Assembly: GCA_963823665.1 (NCBI GenBank)
Contig: CAWGMQ010000004.1
Span: 2,464,001 to 2,528,000 of the forward strand
Origin: an uncultured Planctomycetota bacterium
GTDB taxonomy: Bacteria; Planctomycetota; Planctomycetia; Isosphaerales; Isosphaeraceae
Length of the DNA: 64,000 nt
Reading direction: 5' to 3'
The translations under genes were made by a program, and so were the position numbers. The notes beneath the pieces were generated by a model. It was not told where the DNA came from. It saw only the letters and a list, made by a program, of their open reading frames with translations, and made no database searches. How positions within the stretch are numbered: the first letter of the stretch is position 1; every line of letters starts with the position of its first letter. Below, piece after piece: positions 30,800 to 39,851 of the stretch.

Positions 30800-31038
30800 C
30801 GATGAAACCTCGGGTCTGGGTTGTCCAGCCGCACACAATCGCGAGGTGCCGTGATAATACCCTTCGTACTACTCTGTGCAGGGGCTCGGTCCGTCTCATT
30901 GTACCGGGCATGCCAGCACCCAAGCCACTAGCTAACGCCAGAGACCGGCTGAACCAGTACACGGAAACGGACCGCCGCCAACGCGTGTCCTTTTCTTTCA
31001 ACGCGTGTCCTATTCTGTTAATCGGAGAGGTTTTGACC

Positions 31039-31806
31039 ATGAAGCGAACGTGCCGAATCCTTCTGTCCCTCACTTTGTTTTCCATCATTCCGGCCGTGAG
31101 AGCCGGAAATGTTGCCGATCTGAGCGCCGATTGGAGCGACTCAAACAACCCCAATACTGCGACATTCGGCACCTGGTCCTACCGGCAAGGCTCATCCCTA
31201 TTGCCTGAGGTTCCGAATTGGACTGCGAACGGCACGGTCGGCTTCACGGTGACTCAACCCGCTTGGGCTCCCAGCAACACCGGCGGAGATTTTCTCCCGG
31301 GCGAATTCAAGGCGAGGAGTGTGCCAACCGGCGCTGGGTACGATTGGCAGGTCGGCGACGTCGTCGTCCACACGACCGATTCGGGGAATGGGGACTCGAA
31401 TGGCCCGGCCAACTTCCTCTGGACCAGTCCAAACATGGGGACTGTCAACATCTCCGGTAGCGTGTGGGAGGCGGCAACCCTTTCCGGCCGAGATAATTCT
31501 TGGTCGCTGCTCGTGAATGGCATCGTCGTCTCCAGCGGCGCCAGTATTGACGGCCACGATCGCGCGAATCCGTTCCTTTTTGGCGATGGCACCGGCGGTA
31601 CCGCGGCCTTGACACAAAACGTCGCTGCCGGTTCAACCATCGATCTCCAGATCACTAAGACCACCACTTTTGGGTTCTTCGTGGGGGCGAACTTTACCAT
31701 CACAGAATCCTCCGCAGTCCCCGAACCCAGTAGCCTCGTCCTTGGCGGGCTCGCGGTCTCGGCCCTCGCGATTACTGCCTTGGCCCGACGGATTGGGAAG
31801 ATCTAA
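31039..31806 (+). CDS. PEP-CTERM sorting-domain protein
   Basis: Signal peptide; C-terminal AVPEPSSLVL, TM and basic tail. Confidence 0.9.
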   Translation: MKRTCRILLSLTLFSIIPAVRAGNVADLSADWSDSNNPNTATFGTWSYRQGSSLLPEVPNWTANGTVGFTVTQPAWAPSNTGGDFLPGEFKARSVPTGAGYDWQVGDVVVHTTDSGNGDSNGPANFLWTSPNMGTVNISGSVWEAATLSGRDNSWSLLVNGIVVSSGASIDGHDRANPFLFGDGTGGTAALTQNVAAGSTIDLQITKTTTFGFFVGANFTITESSAVPEPSSLVLGGLAVSALAITALARRIGKI

Positions 31807-32207
31807 CGAGGCTCTGCCTCAGACCGACGGGATGTAACCAAAGATGGCTCCGGTCGTGCCTAAGACGGGGTATTCTCGAAAGCATCCCCAAATCGAACCG
31901 CGTAGCGGTTAACTCGGGCCGGGTTGCCGATGCGCGTCCGTGCATGGAGGGTCCTCGGCAGTGCGGCGCTGGGCTGGAGGAAGCTGGCCCTTGTCGAGCT
32001 GGGCTGCTGTCGAGCAAGTCGGACGAAACTGAGCGCTGTCCGGCTTCGTCGGCATCAAGAATCTACCGTCGTCGGATATTGGCCGGGAGTTCGGTGGCGA
32101 TACCCGCGAATTGGGACCGTCGTCGAATCAGCGCCGGTCTGAGAGTAACGACTCAAGTTATTCTTAAGGAGATGTTTACGATCAACTCTCGCAGTTCGAG
32201 ATTCTCA

Positions 32208-32473
32208 AGGCGGCGGGTTACTTACCCGCGTCTGTATTAGACGTAAACAATTGAAATAAAATGAGTTACAACACAAGAAGTGGAGGCGGCGGGAATTGCA
32301 CCCGCGGCCCAATTTCCACAATTCTCTGTGCCACTTGTGGTTATGAAATGCGACCACAGGGCTGGCCGGAGCATGGCCGGGAGTACGAGGCACTCCGCGA
32401 GCTGGTCGCAAACTGGCACCGCCTGACGGCTTCTGTCAGAACTGCCATCCTGGATCTGGCGCGTCCCTGCTGA
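32208..32473. repeat. Cassette-boundary element C
   Basis: GCGGG-TTACTTA-CCCGC at 32213, GTGGAGGCGGCGGGAATTGCACCCGCG at 32280, then ALRELVANWHRLTASVRTAILDLAR. Confidence 0.85.
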
Positions 32474-32722
32474 CGGTCCGCGGAACGACGACTGCTCGGA
32501 GTTGACCGGCGCATTGCTTTTTCGCGTCGCGCCGCGGGGTGGGTACACATCCCCAAGGCGATCAAGCGGTTGGTGCACGTTCACGAGACCTGGACATGCA
32601 GGACGGGCGGGCCAGGGCGGGAAGCAACTGGGTGCACGGAAAAGCCAAGAATCGGATTCCAAGAAGTGAACCTGGAAAAGTAAAATAACAGGCGACTCTT
32701 CGAGTATCGGGAGGGGACGGCG

Positions 32723-32935
32723 ATGAATGACTTGACCTCGGAATCCCTTGCCAAACGAGTCGCGGCTTTGGAGAAGGAAATGGCGACGAAGCGGCTCGAC
32801 CAATCTCGCAAGGATTGGCGCAAGGTCGTCGGCATGTTCCGCGACAGCGAATTCATGCGCAAAGTCGACGAGGAATGCCTGCGCGTCCGTGAGGCCGAAC
32901 GGGAGGCGGCGCGGCGCGGAGAATTGGCCGAATGA
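32723..32935 (+). CDS. Putative antitoxin (VapB-like)
   Basis: 70 aa, LAKRVAALEKE...KDWRKVVGMF; ATGA overlap with a PIN gene. Confidence 0.7.
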   Translation: MNDLTSESLAKRVAALEKEMATKRLDQSRKDWRKVVGMFRDSEFMRKVDEECLRVREAEREAARRGELAE

Positions 32936-33057
32936 TTCTCCTTGACACGGACCATAAAACGCTCTTGAAATACCCGGACAGTGAACGTGGCCGGCGCATG
33001 ATTGATCGACTCAACGCGGTGTCGGCTTCCGAGGTCATCGGTGTGGCAATTAATTGA
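32932..33057 (+). pseudogene. Truncated VapC/PIN toxin (41 aa)
   Basis: MILLDTDH..LLKYPDSERG..., stops just before the end of csx3. Confidence 0.75.
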
Positions 33058-33088
33058 AAATAGGTCTGAACCCGGGAATTCCTGGTAA

Positions 33089-33376
33089 CTAGGTCTGTCG
33101 GGGACGGAAATCGATATCAATCACCTGGCCTTCGCGCCAATTAGGGTGGTGCGATGCGACGACGACAGCACCGAGCCGGGGGTCAAAAACGGCAATCGCT
33201 CCGGCCGGCGATCCGTGCAGGCGGTGAAATGCCATGCCGTAACGCCAGACAGGGGCGCGGCCTTCGATGACAACCATTACCCCACGGGGAATCTCCGGCA
33301 GGGGCGGCAGCGGTTCGGCGGGAGTGATTGGCTGATTGACGCCGATGGAGTAGAACACGAGATCGTTCATGGTCAC
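33089..33376 (-). CDS. csx3: CRISPR ring nuclease Crn3/Csx3
   Basis: VVIEGRAPVWRYG..HRLH....IAVFDPRLGAVVVASH. Confidence 0.9.
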   Translation of the reverse strand: MTMNDLVFYSIGVNQPITPAEPLPPLPEIPRGVMVVIEGRAPVWRYGMAFHRLHGSPAGAIAVFDPRLGAVVVASHHPNWREGQVIDIDFRPRQT

Positions 33377-33382
33377 CGCCTG

Positions 33383-34552
33383 CTACGATTTGGGTCCATC
33401 CAGAATAACCTCGCGAACCGTTTCGGCGTCGTCCGCACGCAAGGCCAGCTCGCGTATCTGATCGCCGATCAAGATTCGGCACTGGTAGATGTCGGCTCGC
33501 ACCTGGAGTGATTCCTTCACCTTGTCCTCCTTGCCAAGCAAATTCGTTGCGGTCGTCGCCAGAAACGATCGGACCCGCAAGGCACGGAACTGGCGAGTGA
33601 CCGCTTCGATCTTGTAAAGGATATCCGCACCGGGATCATGGTCTTGTGATCCGGACTTGCATTCGATCATCGACAATCCGTGATTATGCATGAACGCCAC
33701 GTCGAAGTCGTTACCCGATGGGTCGCCGCATCGACCGACTTCCAAGCCGAGTCGGACGTCCCAAATTCCGAGCGAGTCAGAATGCCTCACCAGAAGAGTC
33801 CAGAAGAACACCTCCAACCAACCGCCTGTGAGGAATTCGACCTCATACTTGGTCAGTTTTCTGGTCGGCACGCCGTCGAGCCAGATCTTTCGAAGTTCGT
33901 CTTTCGCTTCACCTGGAAAACGAAACTTCTCCGCTGATAACTCGACGCCCTTTTCGCGTGCTTTTCGTCGCTCGTCATCGTTGAGTGACAGAATCTCGCG
34001 ATCGGTTGCGTGTTGCGCCAGGAGTTCGGCGGAGCGTGCCCCCTCAACCGCACGCCGTTCCGCCTCTGCCATCTTGTCGTCGGCTTTCCTCGACTCGAAG
34101 CCGTAACCCGCGAGGAACTCCTTGATCGAAAGCCTGTGGCTGCACTCTTGCGTTTCGCCGCTCTCGATGTCGATCAGAGATGCGGGCCGCACCACATTGG
34201 TATAGATCAAGTTGCCGCCAAGGGCCTTGAAAAACTCGTGGGTCGCGATGCTCATGGGCTTGGTGCCGCCAGTGAGATTGGCAATCCATTCAGCGGAGGG
34301 GAACTTGCCGTAGGCTCGCTGCAATGCCTGCCGCACAGCGGTGAGGTTGTCCTCGGCGGCGAGCGGCTCGATATGGTGTCGCGAGCCATAATCCAGATCG
34401 CCGTGTTTGAGCGCCTTCAAAAAATGGCTTGCCACTTCACGCTTCTTCATGTGATCCGACTCGAGCAATACGAGTTGATCAGGCTTGTAGTGATGCACCG
34501 AGAGCAGGTTCGGCACGTGCTGGTCGGAAAGGAGGCAGAATAGAACCTTCAT
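33383..34552 (-). CDS. CARF plus DUF1887 PD-(D/E)xK nuclease (Card1/Can2 family)
   Basis: LLSDQHVPNL, ANLTGGTKPMS (CARF), GGWLE, NDFDVAF...MIECKSG. True start is MKVLFC at 34552; the ORF-track extension overlaps cmr6. Confidence 0.9.
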   Translation of the reverse strand: MKVLFCLLSDQHVPNLLSVHHYKPDQLVLLESDHMKKREVASHFLKALKHGDLDYGSRHHIEPLAAEDNLTAVRQALQRAYGKFPSAEWIANLTGGTKPMSIATHEFFKALGGNLIYTNVVRPASLIDIESGETQECSHRLSIKEFLAGYGFESRKADDKMAEAERRAVEGARSAELLAQHATDREILSLNDDERRKAREKGVELSAEKFRFPGEAKDELRKIWLDGVPTRKLTKYEVEFLTGGWLEVFFWTLLVRHSDSLGIWDVRLGLEVGRCGDPSGNDFDVAFMHNHGLSMIECKSGSQDHDPGADILYKIEAVTRQFRALRVRSFLATTATNLLGKEDKVKESLQVRADIYQCRILIGDQIRELALRADDAETVREVILDGPKS

Positions 34553-34563
34553 CGATTGTCCCA

Positions 34564-35595
34564 CTACTTCTTTGATGGCTGTGGCCACTTGTACTGCGGC
34601 CTTTTTGGCTCGTCGACATGAACCAAGACATCCACGATGGCGCCAGGGATCGTGTCGATGCCCGAGGTCGGGGTGCCAACTGTGAGAGATCCTAGAGCAC
34701 GTCCCGGCTCGATATCCTGAACCTCGAAGCCGCCCTTGGGCCGTGAGGCGATGATCCGCACCTTGGCCTTTGCTCCGGAGGCTCGCTTCTTCGGCGGCGG
34801 CGGTGGAGGCGGGGGCGGAGGAAGGATGAGCCGCCCATAGCCACTTGTCGTCTTTCCGCCAATTCCCCACGCATCGAGAGCGTCGCACAGGAGCGAGAGA
34901 GCCAATTCCGACCAATTCTTGGCCTTGTTGCTCGTGGGCCCATGCCAGGACACGGCGACGCGAAACTCCCCCGTCACCGATAAGAACGGGATCGGGATCG
35001 GACTGTCGAAATCGGTCGGTGCGACGGAACCGTCCAGCCATTTCGGGTGGTGAGGCGTCATCACGTCCAATCTCAATGGCTCCGGTGACTTGGGCGTCAG
35101 CCACGCGTCGTGGAAGGTAATGCAGCCACTGTCGTCGGTCATGCCGAAGAGCAGTCGGTGATACATTCCTCCTTTCTTGAACTTTTCCTCCGTTGGCCCC
35201 CAGACCTGATCGCAATAGTGGGTCGCCAGGCCCTTGAGCGCCGAACCGGGTATGATCGGCATCCCGTAGGTGTGATGGAGACGGATGCCGGTTTCGATAA
35301 TGTTTTCCGAACCGAGGCCGACGATGAGGCGGCCCTGAGTTGTGAGGTCAATCGGCGCGGGATCCTTCGGAAGAAACGCCGACCAGCGGGTGAACGCGGC
35401 CTCGTAGAGGCCAATGAGATCACCGTCGCTCGCGGACTTGATCGCGGCATCGAGTATCTGTCGCTTGTGTTCGGGCTTTCCCTGATCGCCCGCGGCCGAT
35501 TCGTGCAGATATCGCTGGAGTAACAGTCCCGGATGCGAATCGTATTTGCCACGGTTTGGCATCAACGGGAGGAGCTGGTCGCGGATGGCGTTCAA
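34564..35595 (-). CDS. cmr6: Type III-B RAMP Cmr6 with poly-Pro linker and extra C-terminal domain
   Basis: RLIVGLG, HHTYGMPIIPGSALKG, LDVMTPHH, GIGGKTTSGYG. Confidence 0.92.
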   Translation of the reverse strand: MNAIRDQLLPLMPNRGKYDSHPGLLLQRYLHESAAGDQGKPEHKRQILDAAIKSASDGDLIGLYEAAFTRWSAFLPKDPAPIDLTTQGRLIVGLGSENIIETGIRLHHTYGMPIIPGSALKGLATHYCDQVWGPTEEKFKKGGMYHRLLFGMTDDSGCITFHDAWLTPKSPEPLRLDVMTPHHPKWLDGSVAPTDFDSPIPIPFLSVTGEFRVAVSWHGPTSNKAKNWSELALSLLCDALDAWGIGGKTTSGYGRLILPPPPPPPPPPKKRASGAKAKVRIIASRPKGGFEVQDIEPGRALGSLTVGTPTSGIDTIPGAIVDVLVHVDEPKRPQYKWPQPSKK

Positions 35596-35981
35596 GATTC
35601 GCCCTCCGTCGTATCGTCCGGCGTCGCGGCCTCTACGTATCTCTTCAGCCAGCTCGCGGCGTTGATGGCATCTCGGCTGAGGCGAAGGTAGCCTGTCAAC
35701 TGTTGTGTCCGCGCGTGCTGGTCGAGCGAGTCTTGTCCGGTCATCTCGGAATGATCGGCTGCCCTCAGAACCTCTGTCAAATCGGCGATATAGTTCGCCT
35801 GCTTTTTGGCCCGCGCAAACGCCACCGCCTGGGCCAGGCCGCAAGTGTGGATCAGAGCCGGAAACTTCTTGGCGAAACTGACATACTCCTTATCTGGATT
35901 CTTCCGCCCGCTGTTGGTGTGCAAGGCGATTCTCGCATAGGCGGCTTGCGCGAGCTTCTGACTTCGAGTGTGAACGCTCAT
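35592..35981 (-). CDS. cmr5: Type III-B small subunit Cmr5
   Basis: KFPALIHTCGLAQAVAF, WLKRYVEA. Confidence 0.92.
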   Translation of the reverse strand: MSVHTRSQKLAQAAYARIALHTNSGRKNPDKEYVSFAKKFPALIHTCGLAQAVAFARAKKQANYIADLTEVLRAADHSEMTGQDSLDQHARTQQLTGYLRLSRDAINAASWLKRYVEAATPDDTTEGES

Positions 35982-36874
35982 GCCTGCGCCTCCGTGAAGA
36001 CGCAGCGGACTTGCCCGCGGCCGACGGTCGCTTTGCCGCCGATCTGGAGCGTGAGCGGGTCTTTGGCGAACCGATCGAGCAGCCCTGTCGGAGTGATGTC
36101 TTCGCCGTCACGCCCGAAAACCCGATCGCATTGGACGACGCCGGATAGGATTGTCTCGGCCGGTATCGATTCCTCGGTCCACAATGCCCCTTTCGCCACG
36201 ACTTTCAACTCGTCGTCGATCCTCACGCGCGTATGCACCTCGGTCCCGGTCTCGCAGAGGAAGTCGAAAGCGCTGTCAGGCAGCACGACGAACCGCCTCT
36301 TGAATTGCTCTTGCCAGGCGCTGTCGTCGGGGAATACCCAGGCGGCGATTTTCGCGGCCCACGCCGTCGCGATCGGACATGGTCTTGCATCGAAATCCAG
36401 GTCTTCAAGATAGACACGCTTCTCTTCCGTGAGCGCTGTCTTCGTGTTGCCCTCGTCGAAATGGTGGGCGTTCGTGTCTGCCAGACTCGAAGGGGCCTCG
36501 GGGAGATCAGGCACGCCGGCCAGGTCGAGCGTCCGCCTCAGCGTGTGCAAGCACAGCGCTGACGTGGTCCAGGCGAAGGTGCCGCGGAAGCTCCGAACCG
36601 GCAGACAGACAAGATGCGCATCCGTTGGGATCAGCGCACCGGAGTTCGCTGATTCGCCTTCCTGATCGGCGCGGCCGAAAGCCTGCTGGACGTTCGCCAG
36701 TTTCTGTTGAACAGCCCAATCGCGCCAGACCCCCTTGAACGACGATCCCCGGATGATCGGCCAGCCTGTCACGCCGTCGCGGTCGATCGGAAGGTCGATG
36801 TACCCAACGCCCCGGCCGATCCCGGCATGGGTGGGACTGAGGGCATGAAGCCAGTAAATCCGCGTACCCATCAT
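35978..36874 (-). CDS. cmr4: Type III-B RAMP Cmr4 (target RNase)
   Basis: SPTHAGIG...IDLPIDRD (catalytic Asp position), GSSFKG, GALWTEE, QIGGKATVGRG. Confidence 0.95.
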   Translation of the reverse strand: MMGTRIYWLHALSPTHAGIGRGVGYIDLPIDRDGVTGWPIIRGSSFKGVWRDWAVQQKLANVQQAFGRADQEGESANSGALIPTDAHLVCLPVRSFRGTFAWTTSALCLHTLRRTLDLAGVPDLPEAPSSLADTNAHHFDEGNTKTALTEEKRVYLEDLDFDARPCPIATAWAAKIAAWVFPDDSAWQEQFKRRFVVLPDSAFDFLCETGTEVHTRVRIDDELKVVAKGALWTEESIPAETILSGVVQCDRVFGRDGEDITPTGLLDRFAKDPLTLQIGGKATVGRGQVRCVFTEAQA

Positions 36875-36900
36875 GATAAGTTCCCGTGATGTACTCGTGC

Positions 36901-38133
36901 CTACCAGGTTCCCCAAAGGGATAGTCCGAAGCCGTCGCGGCAGTCGTGAGGTGCGTCGCTAACAGGCTTTAGCCAGCCGTTAGTGGCCAGGATGCGCGAA
37001 TCACCATCGACTTTCTCGAAGAAGTAAACGCCGCCGGCCGGCACCATTCCGCGAATCGCTTTTGGGCCAGGTCGATCCTGAGGAACGACGCGGCGGCGGC
37101 CGTCTTCCTCGGCGTGCGGTGCATAAGCCCAGCCGGAAACCGCACGCCAGCGCGCAATGCAGACACCCACCAGCTTAAGCGTCGGCCCATCGCCCAGCGG
37201 CTTGCCGATCAGCGTGGTTCCGTCCAACCAGCCTGGCCGCCAGCCGTGCTCGAAGATGGCCGGCGTGGCAAGCACCATGCGAATTCTGCTCGCGTTTTGA
37301 AGCGCCGATTTAACGGTTTCTGAGCACTTCCAGACGGCCACTGAATCGTCGCGTTGCCAGTGAACAAGGCGTCGCTCGCCGCCCAGCGGGTGCCAGGTGC
37401 TGAGTTTGTCCACGTGCTGGAACGCTCGCTCCGCGATCGTTACCCGAGCCGAAAGCGTAATCTCGGCGAACCGGTCGCCCAATGGGAGTTTCTGGTCATC
37501 CGACTTCACGCCATGCCGAGGCAACTGTGCCACGTTCAATCCTGCCGTGGAGAAGATTTGGCCTTCCGCGGCCGCTCCCCTGTCAGCGTCGAGACAGACG
37601 TGATCGCGGATTTCTTGGAGCCCGGCATTGAGGAATTCCCGATCGAATGCCACCGGCTCGCCAACAAGCCATTTGGCAATCTCTCGGGCCGGCCACCACG
37701 CTGGAATTGGCTTCGGCTTGAAATCTTCCTCGGCTTGATCTTCAGTGAGCATTACGGGGTGTAGGCGCAAACCGTCGGGGAAGTCGCACCCGGTGAAACT
37801 CGGTTGCGGGGTCAGACGATGTACTGCCTTGACCGCCCTGCCGTCCTCGGTCGGCTCGGCGACGGCGTCGCTCGGCGCGGGCAGATACAACTCCTGGCCG
37901 ACCCTCGGAAACAGGCCGGCCACCTCAACGCGAAGCACGTCGAGCGGCGTGTTTCTCGTGAAATCGAGCGCCGCATTCGCCTTCACGAGCGCCGTGCGGA
38001 AGGACCCGGCTACTACAGACGGCAATGGCCAGCTAAGGCCGCGCATGCGGTTGCCCTGGCCGATTCCAAAAGGACGCCCATCGCGCGCGATGATCGGGTC
38101 GTGGGCCGTCAGTTGCAATGTGGTGACGCTCAT
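36901..38133 (-). CDS. cmr3: Type III-B Cmr3
   Basis: DPIIARDGRPF, PLPSVVAG, LGGERR, TPAIF..GWRP, VPAGGVYF, GFG. Confidence 0.93.
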   Translation of the reverse strand: MSVTTLQLTAHDPIIARDGRPFGIGQGNRMRGLSWPLPSVVAGSFRTALVKANAALDFTRNTPLDVLRVEVAGLFPRVGQELYLPAPSDAVAEPTEDGRAVKAVHRLTPQPSFTGCDFPDGLRLHPVMLTEDQAEEDFKPKPIPAWWPAREIAKWLVGEPVAFDREFLNAGLQEIRDHVCLDADRGAAAEGQIFSTAGLNVAQLPRHGVKSDDQKLPLGDRFAEITLSARVTIAERAFQHVDKLSTWHPLGGERRLVHWQRDDSVAVWKCSETVKSALQNASRIRMVLATPAIFEHGWRPGWLDGTTLIGKPLGDGPTLKLVGVCIARWRAVSGWAYAPHAEEDGRRRVVPQDRPGPKAIRGMVPAGGVYFFEKVDGDSRILATNGWLKPVSDAPHDCRDGFGLSLWGTW

Positions 38134-39851
38134 GTCGCCGCCTCCAAAACGGGAGGCGGAAGCTCTCCCGCTTGCCGCAAGGCCGCGTCAATCTGACGGG
38201 CAACGAGCAGTTCCTCCGCCAAACCCAACAGCTTCGCCGAATTCATCTCATTGAGATAGCCGTCAAGTGCCTGCCGCACCGTATCGACCCCGCGCGACTG
38301 CTTTTTGGCGATCAACCGAATCAAGTCCATCCTGATCGCACTATCCGCGTGCTGTTGCCACGGTTCGTACAGTCTGGCCATGGTGCGCAATTCGTAAGGC
38401 AGCTTCGTGGGAATGATGCCCTTGTTCATCAACTCGGCGAACTTGGCCAATCGCACATCAGGATTGTCGCTCCACCGGCCCCGCATGCGAATCGGCGCGC
38501 CGCCGCGCTTATGTAAGTGCACGGCCAATCCATCGCGATCGGGCTCCTTGGCCGCTTTTTCAGCCGCTCGCCCGTAGCCGAGAAGGTCTTCCAGGTTCTC
38601 CATGAAGTGGCCGATCGCGATGCCAACGGAGAGAGTTGGAGGCGTCCCTTCCTCGTTCTTGTAATGGTTCAACGATTCGCCGAATTTATCGTATAGTTCT
38701 CTCGCGCATTGCAGGCACTTGTCCACGGGCAGGAACGCCAGCACGTCGTCGCCGCCGGCGTAGACGAGCACACCATTGTGGTCGTTGACGATTTTCTTCG
38801 CTTCGTCCGCGAACCCGGCCAGGGCCATGGAGAACTCGCGATGCTTTTCTGGTGAGCTCAAAGCGGAAATGGCGGCTCCCATCTTGTCGCCATCGGCCAC
38901 GAGGATGGCGAGATAGGGATTGGGGTCGCCACCAGCGTCCATCAGAGCCTCGGCGATTTCATTGAGATCTGTGTCGCGCAGCCCGAGTTCTTTTTTCAAA
39001 TCGGCGTGCCGATCCTTGTAGATGATCGAGCCTTCATATGGGAAATACTGATACTTTTCTTCCTGGACAGTGTTCAGTCCTTTGGACACGAGCTTTTGAC
39101 ACGCATTCTTCAATCGCGCGAGTTTGTCGCGATCCCGGGTTTGAACGCCTTGCAGCCATGTCTCGGCCGCGACTCGGGCGACCGAGGAATATCGTGGATT
39201 GCTTTGCCCTTGTTCTTTGCCGAGCCGCTTCGTAACCCCAACGACGTCAAGTTGTTCGCCGGGTGAGAGTCGAAGCTTCCTGGGCCAGTGGTCACGGTAG
39301 GTCTCTCGCGATTCTCCTGGCTTCGGTCCGACGAGCACAGTTGGGCGTTGCCCATCGAGCGACGACTTGGGGAGCCCAGCGTCATTGAAGCCAGGCTGCT
39401 TGAAATCGCGGCAGTTCTTCCGGCCAGCCAGCAAACGCATCAGTGTTTTGCGATCCTTGGAGTAGCTGCCCGACCCTTTGACCCACGCCGCATAGAACTC
39501 GATAACGTCATCTACCTGATCGCTCCAGATCTCGGGACGAATCACACCAGGCGTCTCTTGCCGGGCCTCCTCGGCGAACATGCGCCAGCATTGCTGGGCT
39601 GATTGCTTGGCCGCCGCGGCCACGTCCTTGGGTTCACCGGTGGGCAACTCGCCCACGACGACGTTGGCAATGCTCCCGGCATGCGACGACGCGGGAAAGA
39701 TCAATCGGCCGTCCCCCTGCTCGACCCTTTTCGCCACGGCCCGGCTAATCTCCGAGAGCAGATACGAGCCGAACCACAGATCGCGCGTCCGCCGCGCCGC
39801 CGCGATAAATTCCTGCACCGGGCCGACGGAGATCGCAATAAGGTGGCTCAT
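38130..39851 (-). CDS. cas10: Cas10/Cmr2, HD-less, with intact palm motifs
   Basis: GPVQEFIAAARRTRDLWFGSYLLS; ADGDKMG; YAGGDD. Confidence 0.95.
   Translation of the reverse strand: MSHLIAISVGPVQEFIAAARRTRDLWFGSYLLSEISRAVAKRVEQGDGRLIFPASSHAGSIANVVVGELPTGEPKDVAAAAKQSAQQCWRMFAEEARQETPGVIRPEIWSDQVDDVIEFYAAWVKGSGSYSKDRKTLMRLLAGRKNCRDFKQPGFNDAGLPKSSLDGQRPTVLVGPKPGESRETYRDHWPRKLRLSPGEQLDVVGVTKRLGKEQGQSNPRYSSVARVAAETWLQGVQTRDRDKLARLKNACQKLVSKGLNTVQEEKYQYFPYEGSIIYKDRHADLKKELGLRDTDLNEIAEALMDAGGDPNPYLAILVADGDKMGAAISALSSPEKHREFSMALAGFADEAKKIVNDHNGVLVYAGGDDVLAFLPVDKCLQCARELYDKFGESLNHYKNEEGTPPTLSVGIAIGHFMENLEDLLGYGRAAEKAAKEPDRDGLAVHLHKRGGAPIRMRGRWSDNPDVRLAKFAELMNKGIIPTKLPYELRTMARLYEPWQQHADSAIRMDLIRLIAKKQSRGVDTVRQALDGYLNEMNSAKLLGLAEELLVARQIDAALRQAGELPPPVLEAAT

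Noticed and set aside
33383..35215. 610-aa N-terminally extended CARF protein
   Set aside because: The extension overlaps cmr6 in another frame; the CARF domain starts at 34552.
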